Shown: piece by piece, positions 49,006 through 58,831 of the stretch | Layout: every line of letters starts with the position of its first letter | Numbering within the stretch: the first letter of the stretch is position 1 | Origin: Pseudobacteriovorax sp. | GTDB taxonomy: Bacteria; Bdellovibrionota_B; Oligoflexia; Oligoflexales; Oligoflexaceae | Assembly (NCBI GenBank): GCA_050293845.1 | Contig: JBNKNM010000002.1 | Coordinates: 1-64,000, forward strand | Direction of reading: 5' to 3' | DNA: 64,000 bases | The notes under the pieces: model-generated | The model's database searches: none | The model's input: only the letters and a program-made list of their open reading frames with translations | What the model was told of the DNA's origin: nothing | Position numbers and translations under genes: made by a program

Positions 49006-49559
49006 ATAATTTCGGCAACCCTCCCCTTGTGGCTGATATAACGACTTAATACAAAGAACCAGTCGCTAAGTCTATTAAGGTATGATAGGGGCTCTTCACG
49101 GACAGGAGATTCCTGTTTTAACTGTACTGTCAATCGCTCTGCTCTGCGACAAACGGTGCGGCAAATATGAGCTAGTGAATTCGCCTTATGACCTCCCGGA
49201 AGAACAAAGTTTTTGAGTGGAGCTAAATCTTTGTTCATATCATCAATCTCCGACTCCAGCCTGGCAATAGCTGATGACTGCAGCAAATATGCTGCTGAAG
49301 GATCAAGGGAAGTTGCGGGAGTTGCCAGTTCACCACCTATATCAAACAGCTCATGCTGGACCTGGGAAAGAAGAGGGTCAAGGCTCTGCAATGCCTCATG
49401 GGCTTTAGCCTCATCGCGCAAAAGCCCCACAAAGCTATTGAGCTCATCAATATTCCCATAGGCTTCAATGCGAATGTCATTTTTAGCTATTTTACTTCCG
49501 TCGGCTAACCGCGTAGAGCCTTTATCGCCAGTACGGGTGTAGATACGAGTAAGTCGCAC
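48987..49559 (-). CDS. pduO: Cob(I)alamin adenosyltransferase, PduO type
   Basis: IYTRTGDKG.T, YG.IDELNS, F.LPGG, RTVCRRAER, YLNRLSD.FF. Confidence 0.95.
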   Translation of the reverse strand: MRLTRIYTRTGDKGSTRLADGSKIAKNDIRIEAYGNIDELNSFVGLLRDEAKAHEALQSLDPLLSQVQHELFDIGGELATPATSLDPSAAYLLQSSAIARLESEIDDMNKDLAPLKNFVLPGGHKANSLAHICRTVCRRAERLTVQLKQESPVREEPLSYLNRLSDWFFVLSRYISHKGRVAEIIWNQKQ

Positions 49560-49670
49560 TTGTTCCTCCGAGTGATATTTACCGAGTCTTTGTATTACTC
49601 TGCTTTTTCGGTGAGGAACAGACGTCTTATTGGCATTCTATTCTGAGATCTCATCTTATCCCGATCCAGA

Positions 49671-49967
49671 CTAGGATTCCGCGCTACGATTGACCTGATC
49701 ACGCATTTTATCTGATGGGTGAAAGGTTACAACTCGCCTTGCTGAAATTTCGATTTTATCACCAGTATGGGGATTGCGACCGGGACGGGAGCGCTTTTCC
49801 TTTACCGTCCACTTACCGAACCCTGATATTTTTACATCCTTTCCATCTTCCAGTCTAAGCTTGATCTCTTCTAGAATAATCTCAAGGATTTCTTTCGCTT
49901 CTTTGACAGGATAGCCCACCTTGTCGCGTATTAATTCGACTAGTACATCCTTGGTTAAAGTTGACAT
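49671..49967 (-). CDS. ihfA: Integration host factor alpha-like DNA-binding protein
   Basis: LTK, VKISGFG, K..RPGRNP.TG..I.ISARRVVTF.PS. Confidence 0.88.
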   Translation of the reverse strand: MSTLTKDVLVELIRDKVGYPVKEAKEILEIILEEIKLRLEDGKDVKISGFGKWTVKEKRSRPGRNPHTGDKIEISARRVVTFHPSDKMRDQVNRSAES

Positions 49968-50190
49968 AGTGTTTCCTCCTGGTTCTGGAATCCTTGACCT
50001 AGAAATCTCAGTTCAAGTCGGAGATTTCCGAACTTACCTAAGTATATTAGCAGGTTCTTTACAAATCGAGAAGATAACGGACGAAAAATTTTAAATATTT
50101 TTAATTAGGGTGAGAAATTAGACCAGAAAATGCAAAATCTCATGATTTTATCATTCAATATACTCCAAGTATTTTCAGGCAGTTCATAGC

Positions 50191-50218
50191 TTGACTTGTA
50201 TGAAGTGGGCTATAAAAT
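50191..50218 (+). promoter_or_regulatory. Putative sigma-70 promoter for the ABC operon
   Basis: TTGACT-N16-TAAAAT about 45 nt upstream of the ATG. Confidence 0.45.
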
Positions 50219-50261
50219 ACGAGTTTATACAAATTTGAACCATTGACAGGAGATAATCGGG

Positions 50262-51182
50262 ATGATCGAAGTCTCGGGTGTAAGTAAAAATTTTGGAGAG
50301 GTTGCGGCTCTCAATCAAGTCTCCTTTACCGTAGAGAGGGGACAGATTATTGGCTTCCTGGGGGCCAATGGTGCAGGGAAAACGACAACCATGGACATCA
50401 TTTGTGGATGCTTAGGGTCTGACCAGGGTACAGTTAAGATTTGTGGGTTCGATATAACAGATAGTCCCATTGAGGCTAAGCAAAAAATTGGGTACTTACC
50501 GGATGAACCGCCAATTCATCATGACATGAAAGTAGAAGAATTCGTTCGCTATGTAGCCAAGATTCGTGGCGTCGCTGCAGCAAAAATTTCCCAAAGGGTC
50601 AGTGAGGTCTTAGAGAAACTCTCCCTAGGATCTATGGCTGGTCGGATTATTGGCAACCTTTCTAAAGGTTATAAACAGAGGGTCGGTCTGGCTCAAGCCC
50701 TGATTCACAATCCCGAAGTTCTGGTTCTCGACGAACCAACGGAAGGGTTAGACCCTAAGCAGATTGTTCATATTCGCGAGCTGATTAAGTCATTAGCGGG
50801 CGAACACACTATTCTATTTAGCTCACACATTCTTTCCGAGGTTCAATCGCTGTGTGACGAACTCATTATAATCGATAATGGCAGAATCGTTGAACAGGGT
50901 TCCTATAGCGAAATCATGAATAAGTATGATGGGGGGACATCCTACGAGCTTCAGGTACGCCAGGGTGCTAGCACACTGGTAGAGCAGCTGGTCAGCATCG
51001 AAGGCTTGAGCTTACAGGGTAAAGTGAAAAGCAATAGCAATGTTATAGAGTTTTCTACTGGTACTGATAGCACCGTCGTTGATAAAGTTGCTAGACAGGT
51101 TCTTGATGGCGACTTTGGTTTGGTTCAGTTGGCCAGGAAATCAGCAAGTTTAGAAGATGTTTTCTTTAAACTCACCCGCTAG
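50262..51182 (+). CDS. ABC transporter ATP-binding protein (GldA-like)
   Basis: GANGAGKTT, LSKGYKQRVGLAQA, LDEPT.GLDP, SSH. Confidence 0.93.
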   Translation: MIEVSGVSKNFGEVAALNQVSFTVERGQIIGFLGANGAGKTTTMDIICGCLGSDQGTVKICGFDITDSPIEAKQKIGYLPDEPPIHHDMKVEEFVRYVAKIRGVAAAKISQRVSEVLEKLSLGSMAGRIIGNLSKGYKQRVGLAQALIHNPEVLVLDEPTEGLDPKQIVHIRELIKSLAGEHTILFSSHILSEVQSLCDELIIIDNGRIVEQGSYSEIMNKYDGGTSYELQVRQGASTLVEQLVSIEGLSLQGKVKSNSNVIEFSTGTDSTVVDKVARQVLDGDFGLVQLARKSASLEDVFFKLTR

Positions 51183-51191
51183 GAGTTAGTC

Positions 51192-51956
51192 GTGAATTCA
51201 ATTTTTACGATCGCAAAGCGTGATCTATTCTCTTTTTTCTATTCCCTAAAAGGGTCGATTGTTTTCTGGTTCTTTTTGATTTTCATTGGTTTTTTCTTCC
51301 ATTCTTTTGTGGTGTCATTTATGGAAATGCAGTCCCAATCTATGGGGTACGGAGGACAGGGACCAACCTTAAGTCAGCTTTTGACAGCGATATTCCATAA
51401 CCTTCACTTTATTCTTCTCCTTATCGTTCCGGCTGTAACCATGGCTTCTTTTGCAGAAGAGAAAAAAACACATGTGGATAGATTGCTGCAAACATCCCCG
51501 GTTACCACTTTGCAGATTGTGTTAGGGAAATTTTTTGCCAGTACAGGGGTGCTTATTCTAGCTTTGGTAGCTTCGATTGTGTTTCCTTTATTTACGGTAA
51601 TCTATGGCAATGCCGATGTGGGTGCCATAGCTTCCGCCTATTTAGGGGTAGCTCTGCTCATTTGCTCACAAGTGGCGCTGGGTGTCTGGATCTCTTCCAT
51701 GACAGATAATCAGTTTATTGCCTTTGTGTTTACGATGTTCGGTTTGTTTTTTCTGCTTATTTTAAACTGGATTGCTCCTAATATTACTTCACCCGGATCT
51801 ACTGAGCAATTTGTCAAGTATCTTGCTTCAACAAGCCATCTTGACAATTTTTTTAAGGGTTTGATAACCGTGGCGGATGTCACCTACTTCTTGCTATTTA
51901 CTACATTATTTTTATTTTTTACCTATGTTGCTCTAGATTCGAAAAGATGGAGGTAG
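51192..51956 (+). CDS. ABC-2 type permease (GldF-like)
   Basis: Six TMs; TM..FAEEK......LL.TSP.....IVLGKF; C-terminal RWR. Confidence 0.9.
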   Translation: MNSIFTIAKRDLFSFFYSLKGSIVFWFFLIFIGFFFHSFVVSFMEMQSQSMGYGGQGPTLSQLLTAIFHNLHFILLLIVPAVTMASFAEEKKTHVDRLLQTSPVTTLQIVLGKFFASTGVLILALVASIVFPLFTVIYGNADVGAIASAYLGVALLICSQVALGVWISSMTDNQFIAFVFTMFGLFFLLILNWIAPNITSPGSTEQFVKYLASTSHLDNFFKGLITVADVTYFLLFTTLFLFFTYVALDSKRWR

Positions 51957-51959
51957 GCT

Positions 51960-53579
51960 ATGAAATCGAGTCTTTTTATTCTGCCATTCCTGGCTTTACT
52001 ATTTATAGCCATCGCCGTAGTTACGGGAGTATCTCTAAAAGAACTGCCCATGGTTTCCTATGTTCTTTGGGGTCTTGGCGGTAGCAGTGTATTTCTTTGG
52101 TTGGTGCTGGATAAGGAAGGGTTTCAGAAAGTTTTTTCACGCAAAGGAGCCAAATATGGTGCAACTTCTGGAGCTACGGTCGTCCTAGGGATTGCCATTA
52201 TCATTGGTATTGGATTTCTCACGAACCGTGTGCGCTTTAATAAGTCATTTGATGTCACCCGCGATGGTATCAATACTCTTTCCGATCAGAGTGCGAAGGC
52301 TATTGCTAACCTAGCTGAAAAGGACGCCGTGGTTGCTATACAAACGTTCTTTCAAGATGAGCTAAAGAAACAAAAATTTGTTGATTTATTAGCTCTTTAT
52401 CAAGCTGCTGGTCTCCAAGCTTTAGTGGAGCATGTCGATCCTCAGGAAGATCCAACCAAGGCCATCGCTGCTAATGTCACAACAGCTGATACCGTTATTC
52501 TGAAGCTGGGTGAGAGCGAAAGCCGTTTGACAAGCTTTACCGAGGAAAAAATGACCAATAGCTTTCTTGGCTTGCTGAAAAGTAAAACTAAGAAGATCAT
52601 TTTTACGATAGGTCATGGCGAAAAGGATCTAGCTTCCCGGGAAGCCAATGGTTATGCATTGGCTAAGCAAGAGTTGGAGTCTGAGCGATTTGAGGTGGCA
52701 ACCATAAATCTTCTGGAGCAAGAACAGGTGGCCGAAGATGTGGATTTGCTGGTTATAGCCGGCCCTAAATATGACTTTCGTGATACCGAAATCAACATGG
52801 TGGTGAACTATCTAGATCGGGGTAAACCAATTTTTGTACTGTTTGATGCTTTAACAGCATTGCCTAATTTGGAAAAATTTATCCAGGACTATGGTCTCAA
52901 AGTGAATCCCGATATTCTGCTGCTCAGTCCTGATGATCCTCGCGCCCAAATTTTAGGTCAGAATAATGCTATTGTCACAGACTTTGATCAATTCTCAGCA
53001 GCTACAAAAGACTTTGCCCAAAATGGTTCCATGGCTCTAGTGATCTCCAATACGCGGTCCGTCGACGAGATTACCGATAATGAGAAAAAAATGAAGCCTA
53101 GTTTGGTTGCTAAAACCTCGAAAATCATCATCGGTGTGGGTGATGTTAGAAAGCCATCAGATCTCGAAAATATTACCCAGGATAGGGTGCTTTCGGGACC
53201 TTTTGCTGTCCTAGGAATAGCGACAGGTCAAATAGGAGGCAGTGAAGTAGCCTCTAAGGATGAAGAAGCCAAGAAAGACCTTCCCCTTGAAGGAGCAAAA
53301 ACATCCAAGGAGCTCCGATTGGCAGTTATGGGTTCGTCCGATATTGTCAGCAATATAGGAGCTCAAAGGGGTGAGAATGTCGATCTGTTCTTGAATGTTG
53401 TGAACTATCTCACCCAAGATGAATCATTTATTTCTATCCGCCCTAAGGATGAGACCAAGTCGAGCTTGGATTTATCTTCGGCTAGTAGCCAGTTATGGCT
53501 TTTGTTTTTCTCCTATCTCTACCCGACATTGTTTTTGGGCGGAGGTGTTTTTTATTGGATAGTAAGGAGAAGAGCATGA
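51960..53579 (+). CDS. GldG-like ABC auxiliary protein
   Basis: D.T......LS.QS, VDP..DP, F..GHGE, LVIAGP, N.DLFLN..NYL, C-terminal TM plus RRR. Confidence 0.88.
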   Translation: MKSSLFILPFLALLFIAIAVVTGVSLKELPMVSYVLWGLGGSSVFLWLVLDKEGFQKVFSRKGAKYGATSGATVVLGIAIIIGIGFLTNRVRFNKSFDVTRDGINTLSDQSAKAIANLAEKDAVVAIQTFFQDELKKQKFVDLLALYQAAGLQALVEHVDPQEDPTKAIAANVTTADTVILKLGESESRLTSFTEEKMTNSFLGLLKSKTKKIIFTIGHGEKDLASREANGYALAKQELESERFEVATINLLEQEQVAEDVDLLVIAGPKYDFRDTEINMVVNYLDRGKPIFVLFDALTALPNLEKFIQDYGLKVNPDILLLSPDDPRAQILGQNNAIVTDFDQFSAATKDFAQNGSMALVISNTRSVDEITDNEKKMKPSLVAKTSKIIIGVGDVRKPSDLENITQDRVLSGPFAVLGIATGQIGGSEVASKDEEAKKDLPLEGAKTSKELRLAVMGSSDIVSNIGAQRGENVDLFLNVVNYLTQDESFISIRPKDETKSSLDLSSASSQLWLLFFSYLYPTLFLGGGVFYWIVRRRA

Positions 53580-54910
53580 AGGCGATGACAAAAATCATCG
53601 GTTTGCTGCTGGTCCTGGGGATATTGGGTGGCGTTGCCTACTGGGATGAGTGGCAGACTGAACGGGAAACAAAAGAGAAAGAAAACCTCTCAAAAGTCTT
53701 TATCGATCTAGCAGCAAAAGACATAATCAGTATTCAGATAGAGTCAAAAATTGAAGACTACAAACTGACATTGGAAAAGCAGAGTGGCAACTGGACTATA
53801 GTTAGTCCTCTGTCTTACCTAGCTGACCAGGAGGTTGTCGCTGCCTTTCTGAAGCAAGTTGTGGATCTGAAATTTGAGAAATCTTTACCTGTTGATACTG
53901 CTAATCGTCTTAAAGACTTTGGCTTAGACAATCCAGAAATCAGTGTGACTTTAAATAAGGACGCAAAGTTGTCACTAGCACTGGGTTTGAAAACCCCTGT
54001 TGGTTATAACCGTTATATGCGTGTGGGTGGGTCTGGTCCGGTTAAAGTGGTTGGGGGATATCTCGGGACCGCTTTGAACAAGAAAATACATGAATTTAGG
54101 GATAAAACGATACAAATGCCTTCCCAAAATAACCTTAAACAATTGACTCTGATTAATAATGAAGAAGTTCCTTTTACAAGGGTTGACGGTGAATGGAAAC
54201 TGGGAGGAGAGAAGAATCTCCCCATTGATGAAGATGCTTTTTCTCAATTTATGGGATACTGGCGTAACAACATTATCGAAGAGTTTATCGATAAACCGTC
54301 TTCGGATCTGGCAGCAGCCATCAGGGTGAACACAGCAGGAACTTCATTGGTTGCGGCTCTGCGTTGGATTGATGGCAGTGGTCAAGACATCAGTTGGCAA
54401 TTTCTTGAAAACAATGATGTTCTTTACGGGCGTATGGTGGGTCAGGAGGCTTTGTATAAAATCTCCAGTGCGGCCAAAGATCAGTTGCAGAAAACCCTTT
54501 GGGATTTTCAGTATAAAAAGATTGCCGACTTTAACAGCACAGAAGTCCAGAAGGTGAAAATCAATGATCTGTTATATGTGAAAAAAAATAATCAGTGGGT
54601 AGCTCCAGATGATTCTGTCAAAGAATTTGTTGCTAGTATGCTTCTTGATGTGGAGTATGCCAATGCCCTGGAGATTAAACCGTTGCATGAAGTGGAGCTT
54701 GCAAAGGATCGATTACAATTCTCTGTTCTACTGGAGATGGAAAATAACTCCCAAATAGAATTTGAGGTCTATAAGCATCCGAAGGAGCCGGCCAGCCTAT
54801 GGGTGCGACTCAAATCCTCCGATCAGGTTTTTGTCGTTAGCGATTCTTTTGTCGATAACTTTACCGAAAACCATCTGGCTAAAAGTGAAGACGACGACTC
54901 CCAAGGCTAA
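53576..54910 (+). CDS. DUF4340-like periplasmic protein
   Basis: N-terminal TM, W.I.SP....AD, L.DFGLD.P, LG..TP, FRDK; start at the ATGA overlap. Confidence 0.82.
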   Translation: MKAMTKIIGLLLVLGILGGVAYWDEWQTERETKEKENLSKVFIDLAAKDIISIQIESKIEDYKLTLEKQSGNWTIVSPLSYLADQEVVAAFLKQVVDLKFEKSLPVDTANRLKDFGLDNPEISVTLNKDAKLSLALGLKTPVGYNRYMRVGGSGPVKVVGGYLGTALNKKIHEFRDKTIQMPSQNNLKQLTLINNEEVPFTRVDGEWKLGGEKNLPIDEDAFSQFMGYWRNNIIEEFIDKPSSDLAAAIRVNTAGTSLVAALRWIDGSGQDISWQFLENNDVLYGRMVGQEALYKISSAAKDQLQKTLWDFQYKKIADFNSTEVQKVKINDLLYVKKNNQWVAPDDSVKEFVASMLLDVEYANALEIKPLHEVELAKDRLQFSVLLEMENNSQIEFEVYKHPKEPASLWVRLKSSDQVFVVSDSFVDNFTENHLAKSEDDDSQG

Positions 54911-55920
54911 GTGATTTCTGGTTTCATGTCTCTGCCGAGAAGGGCAGAGACGGCACCTTTAATAGGCAATCCTTCATAAATAACTTGGTAGACCACATTG
55001 GTAATAGGGGCATCGACACCAATATTTTGGGTTAATTGATAGGCTGCTTTTGTAGTGGTAACACCCTCGGCTATAGAGCCTAGGTTAGCGATCACATCAT
55101 TAAGCTTCTTTCCTCGACCAAGCTCAAATCCAACACGATAGTTACGACTTTTTACAGAGGTACAGGTAAGGAAAAGATCTCCCACGCCTCCTAGTCCGTT
55201 GAATGTAATGGCTTTGGCTCCTAGGGCTACCCCAATTCTGGTGATCTCAGCAAGGCCACGAGTTAGGAGAGCTGCTTGAGCATTGTTTGCCAAGCCTAGA
55301 CCTGCAGCAGCCCCTGCTGCTAGCGCTACAACATTTTTGAGGGCTCCAGCAACCTCTAGGCCTATAGGGTCGTCAGAAGTATAGGCTCGGAAGCGCTCCG
55401 TATGAAAAATTTCCTGAACTCTTATGGCTGTTTTCTTACTGTAACTAGCGATGGAAACGGCTGTGGGCTGGTGTTGAGCTACCTCTATTGCAAAACTAGG
55501 CCCTGACAACACCGTAATCATTTCCTTGGGAATGTTAGGGCATTCTTCGCCAACAATGGTAATGGGCATTTTTAAGCTACCGACTTCGATACCTTTGGAA
55601 GCACAGACTAAGGGGATATGGGGGGCGATGTTGGCCGCTATTGACTGCAGAACATGCCGCAGATATTGTGTCGGAATTGCTAATACAATGGCCGTTACTT
55701 CATGCCAAGGTAGCTTTTCGAAGCTGGTGAATGCCTTTAATTGTGTTGAAAGGGGGACATCTTTTAAATAGCAGGGGTTGCGATGATGTGAGTTGATATG
55801 ATCTGCTACTTGGCTCTCACGGGCCCAAAGTATGGTGGGCACCCCTTTTACTGATAGGTGATGGGCTAATGCTGTTCCAAAGTTTCCCGCTCCTAGCACA
55901 AGGACAAGTTCACTTGCCAT
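54907..55920 (-). CDS. gpsA: NAD(P)H-dependent glycerol-3-phosphate dehydrogenase
   Basis: GAGNFGTALA, SKGIE, SGPSFA.EV, GALKNV, G.GDL.LTC....SRN, AEGV. Confidence 0.97.
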   Translation of the reverse strand: MASELVLVLGAGNFGTALAHHLSVKGVPTILWARESQVADHINSHHRNPCYLKDVPLSTQLKAFTSFEKLPWHEVTAIVLAIPTQYLRHVLQSIAANIAPHIPLVCASKGIEVGSLKMPITIVGEECPNIPKEMITVLSGPSFAIEVAQHQPTAVSIASYSKKTAIRVQEIFHTERFRAYTSDDPIGLEVAGALKNVVALAAGAAAGLGLANNAQAALLTRGLAEITRIGVALGAKAITFNGLGGVGDLFLTCTSVKSRNYRVGFELGRGKKLNDVIANLGSIAEGVTTTKAAYQLTQNIGVDAPITNVVYQVIYEGLPIKGAVSALLGRDMKPEIT

Positions 55921-55999
55921 ATGATCTCCTTTTCGAAAGGCCCTTGCTCTTCTTATCGTCCTAAGTCATAAAGAATTCGGACCATTTTTTGGGGGAGCA

Positions 56000-56530
56000 A
56001 TGCCGGCACAATACCTTTATCCAATATACATTCTCCTTTCAATGGTTTTAAACCTACTATGGTTTGCTCGCAGTCATATTCTCAGAACTGCTTACGGTCT
56101 ATTATCGAGCCTGCTACTCCTTCTGATCGTGCAAAACGGCAGCATTTCAATCCCTTCATTGTTTATTTTCATTAGTAATATCAGCTTGATGTTTAAATCA
56201 CAACAGCCACAATTGACGAGTTGGCGGCAAGGTGTGATGCCTTTATTGATAGGTTTTGGGGTGATTTATTATATGCCACCAACCACAGGCGCATTTAGTC
56301 TAGTCCTTTTATATGCTTTCTGGTATCCCCTCAAGGATCAAGGTCTGTCTAGTTGGGCTATCGCCGGAGAGTTATTAGCGACGGCAGGGTATTTGGGACT
56401 TGTTGCAAAACAGCAGTGGATAGCCGCAGTTTTATTACTGCTGGTTTGGAAAATCGGACAGTTCCAGCTGATAAAGTTGCTCTCTAAGGACGGTTGGAAC
56501 ACTGAGGCAATTGAATTGTTAAGAGGGTAG
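56000..56530 (+). CDS. Hypothetical polytopic membrane protein (possibly degenerate NuoH-like)
   Basis: Multiple TMs, GGAG RBS; only weak similarity to the NuoH C-terminus. Confidence 0.6.
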   Translation: MPAQYLYPIYILLSMVLNLLWFARSHILRTAYGLLSSLLLLLIVQNGSISIPSLFIFISNISLMFKSQQPQLTSWRQGVMPLLIGFGVIYYMPPTTGAFSLVLLYAFWYPLKDQGLSSWAIAGELLATAGYLGLVAKQQWIAAVLLLLVWKIGQFQLIKLLSKDGWNTEAIELLRG

Positions 56531-56532
56531 AC

Positions 56533-56781
56533 ATGATTTTGATCATTGGGTTGTTAATCCTGGCTTTGCTTTATTGGGGTATACGTCTTAAAAATACCAA
56601 TGTGCATGGTAAGAGAGGGGATAAACTATTGGAAAATAAACTGCAAAACCTACCTCTTATGACTTATGCAGAAACGCTGGGAGCTGTGGCATTGATCAAA
56701 CAAAGTGCTCGATGCGACCGCTCTTTACTATGGTTTTTACTGCTATTACTGTCAGTATTTTGTGGGGGCTATTTTCTGTGA
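56533..56781 (+). CDS. Small membrane protein (possibly degenerate NuoA-like)
   Basis: TM-long loop-segment with Glu (TYAETL)-terminal TM ending GGYFL. Confidence 0.55.
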   Translation: MILIIGLLILALLYWGIRLKNTNVHGKRGDKLLENKLQNLPLMTYAETLGAVALIKQSARCDRSLLWFLLLLLSVFCGGYFL

Positions 56782-57695
56782 ACCCGATTGAATCATTGCT
56801 TCCCCCTATTTTATGGGGTTCCCTGACAGTATTAGTGGGAGTTGCTTCCAGAAGGTGGTATCAGGTCTTGGGGGGGGCTTGCCTAGGGGTGCTCTGGTTT
56901 ATACCTATGGAGCCGCTTCAAAAACTAATAGCCATGGATCTTTTCATCGTGCTGGCGACTTTTTTTACGTCGCATACGAATAGCTGGCAGAATGAGGCAA
57001 AGATTAAGATTATCATTGGCCAACTATTACCCCTACTGGGTATCGTCCTTATCTCTTCAATGGATTCCATTCCTGGCTCTACTCTTCTTATCGCCGCCCT
57101 AATAGCGATTAAAGTTGGCATCCTACCATGGCAGCGATTTTGGGTGGATGTTTTAAATGCCAATGGCGTCAGGGCTTCATCATGGCTCCTTCACCTTTAC
57201 CGGTATGCTGTTTTTAGCTGGTATATCCAGTCGCCATGGTTCCCCGCAGTAGGAGACGAAAGGCTGGCTTTAGTCAGCTCCATACTAGCCTTACTGACGA
57301 GCTGTTTATTGTTGATGCAGTCTAATCTGAGAAGGTTTCAAGGATACTATCTTTGTACCTGTCATGCTATGGCCCTAAGCTATGCCTTTATAGGCAGGCC
57401 ATCAATAGCTCTATTGTTGGTAGTTTTTGCGGGTTTGATCCTGCAACTTTTCGAAGAGTTTTTACCGTCCCAAAGGAGCGATCGGTGGGATGACCTTTTC
57501 GGAAAGCTTTACCATCCTGCAGCTGCTACGACACTTTTGCTTTCGGCTTTAGCCCCCTTGTTCCCTGTGCAACTGATCCCATGGGATACTATCACTCGCT
57601 ATAGTGCGGTATTTACTTTCTTGCTTATAGCCTACATTTTGATGGTTTATAAACTGGTTAAGAGCGAGTACTTGCTTAGCATTACGCGCCATTAA
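56778..57695 (+). CDS. Degenerate NuoN/Mrp antiporter-like membrane protein
   Basis: NEAKIK, IKVGILPWQRFWVDV, MQSNLRRFQGY, LLLSALAP align with NuoN motifs; start at the GTGA overlap. Confidence 0.72.
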   Translation: MNPIESLLPPILWGSLTVLVGVASRRWYQVLGGACLGVLWFIPMEPLQKLIAMDLFIVLATFFTSHTNSWQNEAKIKIIIGQLLPLLGIVLISSMDSIPGSTLLIAALIAIKVGILPWQRFWVDVLNANGVRASSWLLHLYRYAVFSWYIQSPWFPAVGDERLALVSSILALLTSCLLLMQSNLRRFQGYYLCTCHAMALSYAFIGRPSIALLLVVFAGLILQLFEEFLPSQRSDRWDDLFGKLYHPAAATTLLLSALAPLFPVQLIPWDTITRYSAVFTFLLIAYILMVYKLVKSEYLLSITRH

Positions 57696-57725
57696 GGGTT
57701 TGCTTCCCCCCAGAATCCGATACTT

Positions 57726-58616
57726 TTACCCCTTTGCCGCTTCTACGATCCGGCTAAAGTTGCGGTAGGTAACATCCTCAAAAGCTTCTTTTGAGAGATT
57801 ATTTTGATATAGATTGTCCTGAATCGTCAGGAATTTGTAACGATCGTTCTTGGCATTAAAAAGAGGTCCATCACTGCCAAATATGCAATTGCGGGGGCCA
57901 GCTAGGCTAAGAGCTTTGGACGCGGCTTTACGATCTACCATTGAGGTCCCAGAAAGATCAACGAAGACATTATCCTGCTCTCTGGCATAGGCGCAGACAT
58001 CGTTCATATAGGGAATGCCCCCATGGCAATAAATGATAGGCACACTAGGAAAGCGCTTAGGCAGGTAGCGGTACTCCCCATATTCACCAGGACCTAAGTG
58101 GGCAAGGATGGCCCAATTTCGCTCGGCGCAGAGCGCTGCGATATCTTCGGCCATACTTAAGGGATACCGGTGCCAGTAGGGGTGGAGCTTAATACCGATG
58201 ATACCCTTAATATGTCGATATTTTTCAATGACTTCTCGCGGGTCTTCGCCATTTTCTGGATTGAGGAATAAGAATCCAACAAAACGTTCGGGAGAATATG
58301 CCAGCCATGTTACAAGTTCATCATTATCTGGCTTCATGTAGACTTTATACTTTTTTCCAAGTATATCGAAATGACCATCTTCTGTAACTCCTCCCCGATA
58401 AAACTTCATGCCGATGTCGTGAGCCATGCAGTTTGAATGGGAGTGTATTAGTTTACGATAGAGAGGGAGTAATACTTTGGCATGGCCAGGCAATTCAAAT
58501 GCAGGATTGACACGTGGAATTAATGCAAGTTTATCGATGCCATATTGATCCATACTTTGAAGCAATCCTTGAGGGCTTATTAAATGGGGGTCTATATGGA
58601 AGTGACAGTCAAACAT
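57726..58616 (-). CDS. Amidohydrolase_2 family metal-dependent hydrolase
   Basis: DCHFH, GIKLHP, AHLG, CHGG, VDLSG, FGSDGP. Confidence 0.9.
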   Translation of the reverse strand: MFDCHFHIDPHLISPQGLLQSMDQYGIDKLALIPRVNPAFELPGHAKVLLPLYRKLIHSHSNCMAHDIGMKFYRGGVTEDGHFDILGKKYKVYMKPDNDELVTWLAYSPERFVGFLFLNPENGEDPREVIEKYRHIKGIIGIKLHPYWHRYPLSMAEDIAALCAERNWAILAHLGPGEYGEYRYLPKRFPSVPIIYCHGGIPYMNDVCAYAREQDNVFVDLSGTSMVDRKAASKALSLAGPRNCIFGSDGPLFNAKNDRYKFLTIQDNLYQNNLSKEAFEDVTYRNFSRIVEAAKG

Positions 58617-58831
58617 GGCTTACCCAAAAAATGTTAAATTTGGGCAACTATACCGCATTCCCTGAGTGGAATGCAATTTATTACCAATGACATCCCAGGT
58701 GTAAAAAGTGTCCCTACTCTGCAAGCTTCAGCCCAAAAAAATGTCCTTATTCGCAGAGGTTAGCTGCAGTGATGGCGTCACTACGCCCCTCAAATAGGGG
58801 CCATTTTGCTTCACAATTGTACCCAATGTCA

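Noticed and set aside
50002..50028. GAAATCTC/GAGATTTC inverted repeat upstream of ihfA
   Set aside because: 8-bp arms in AT-rich DNA with no supporting context; could be chance
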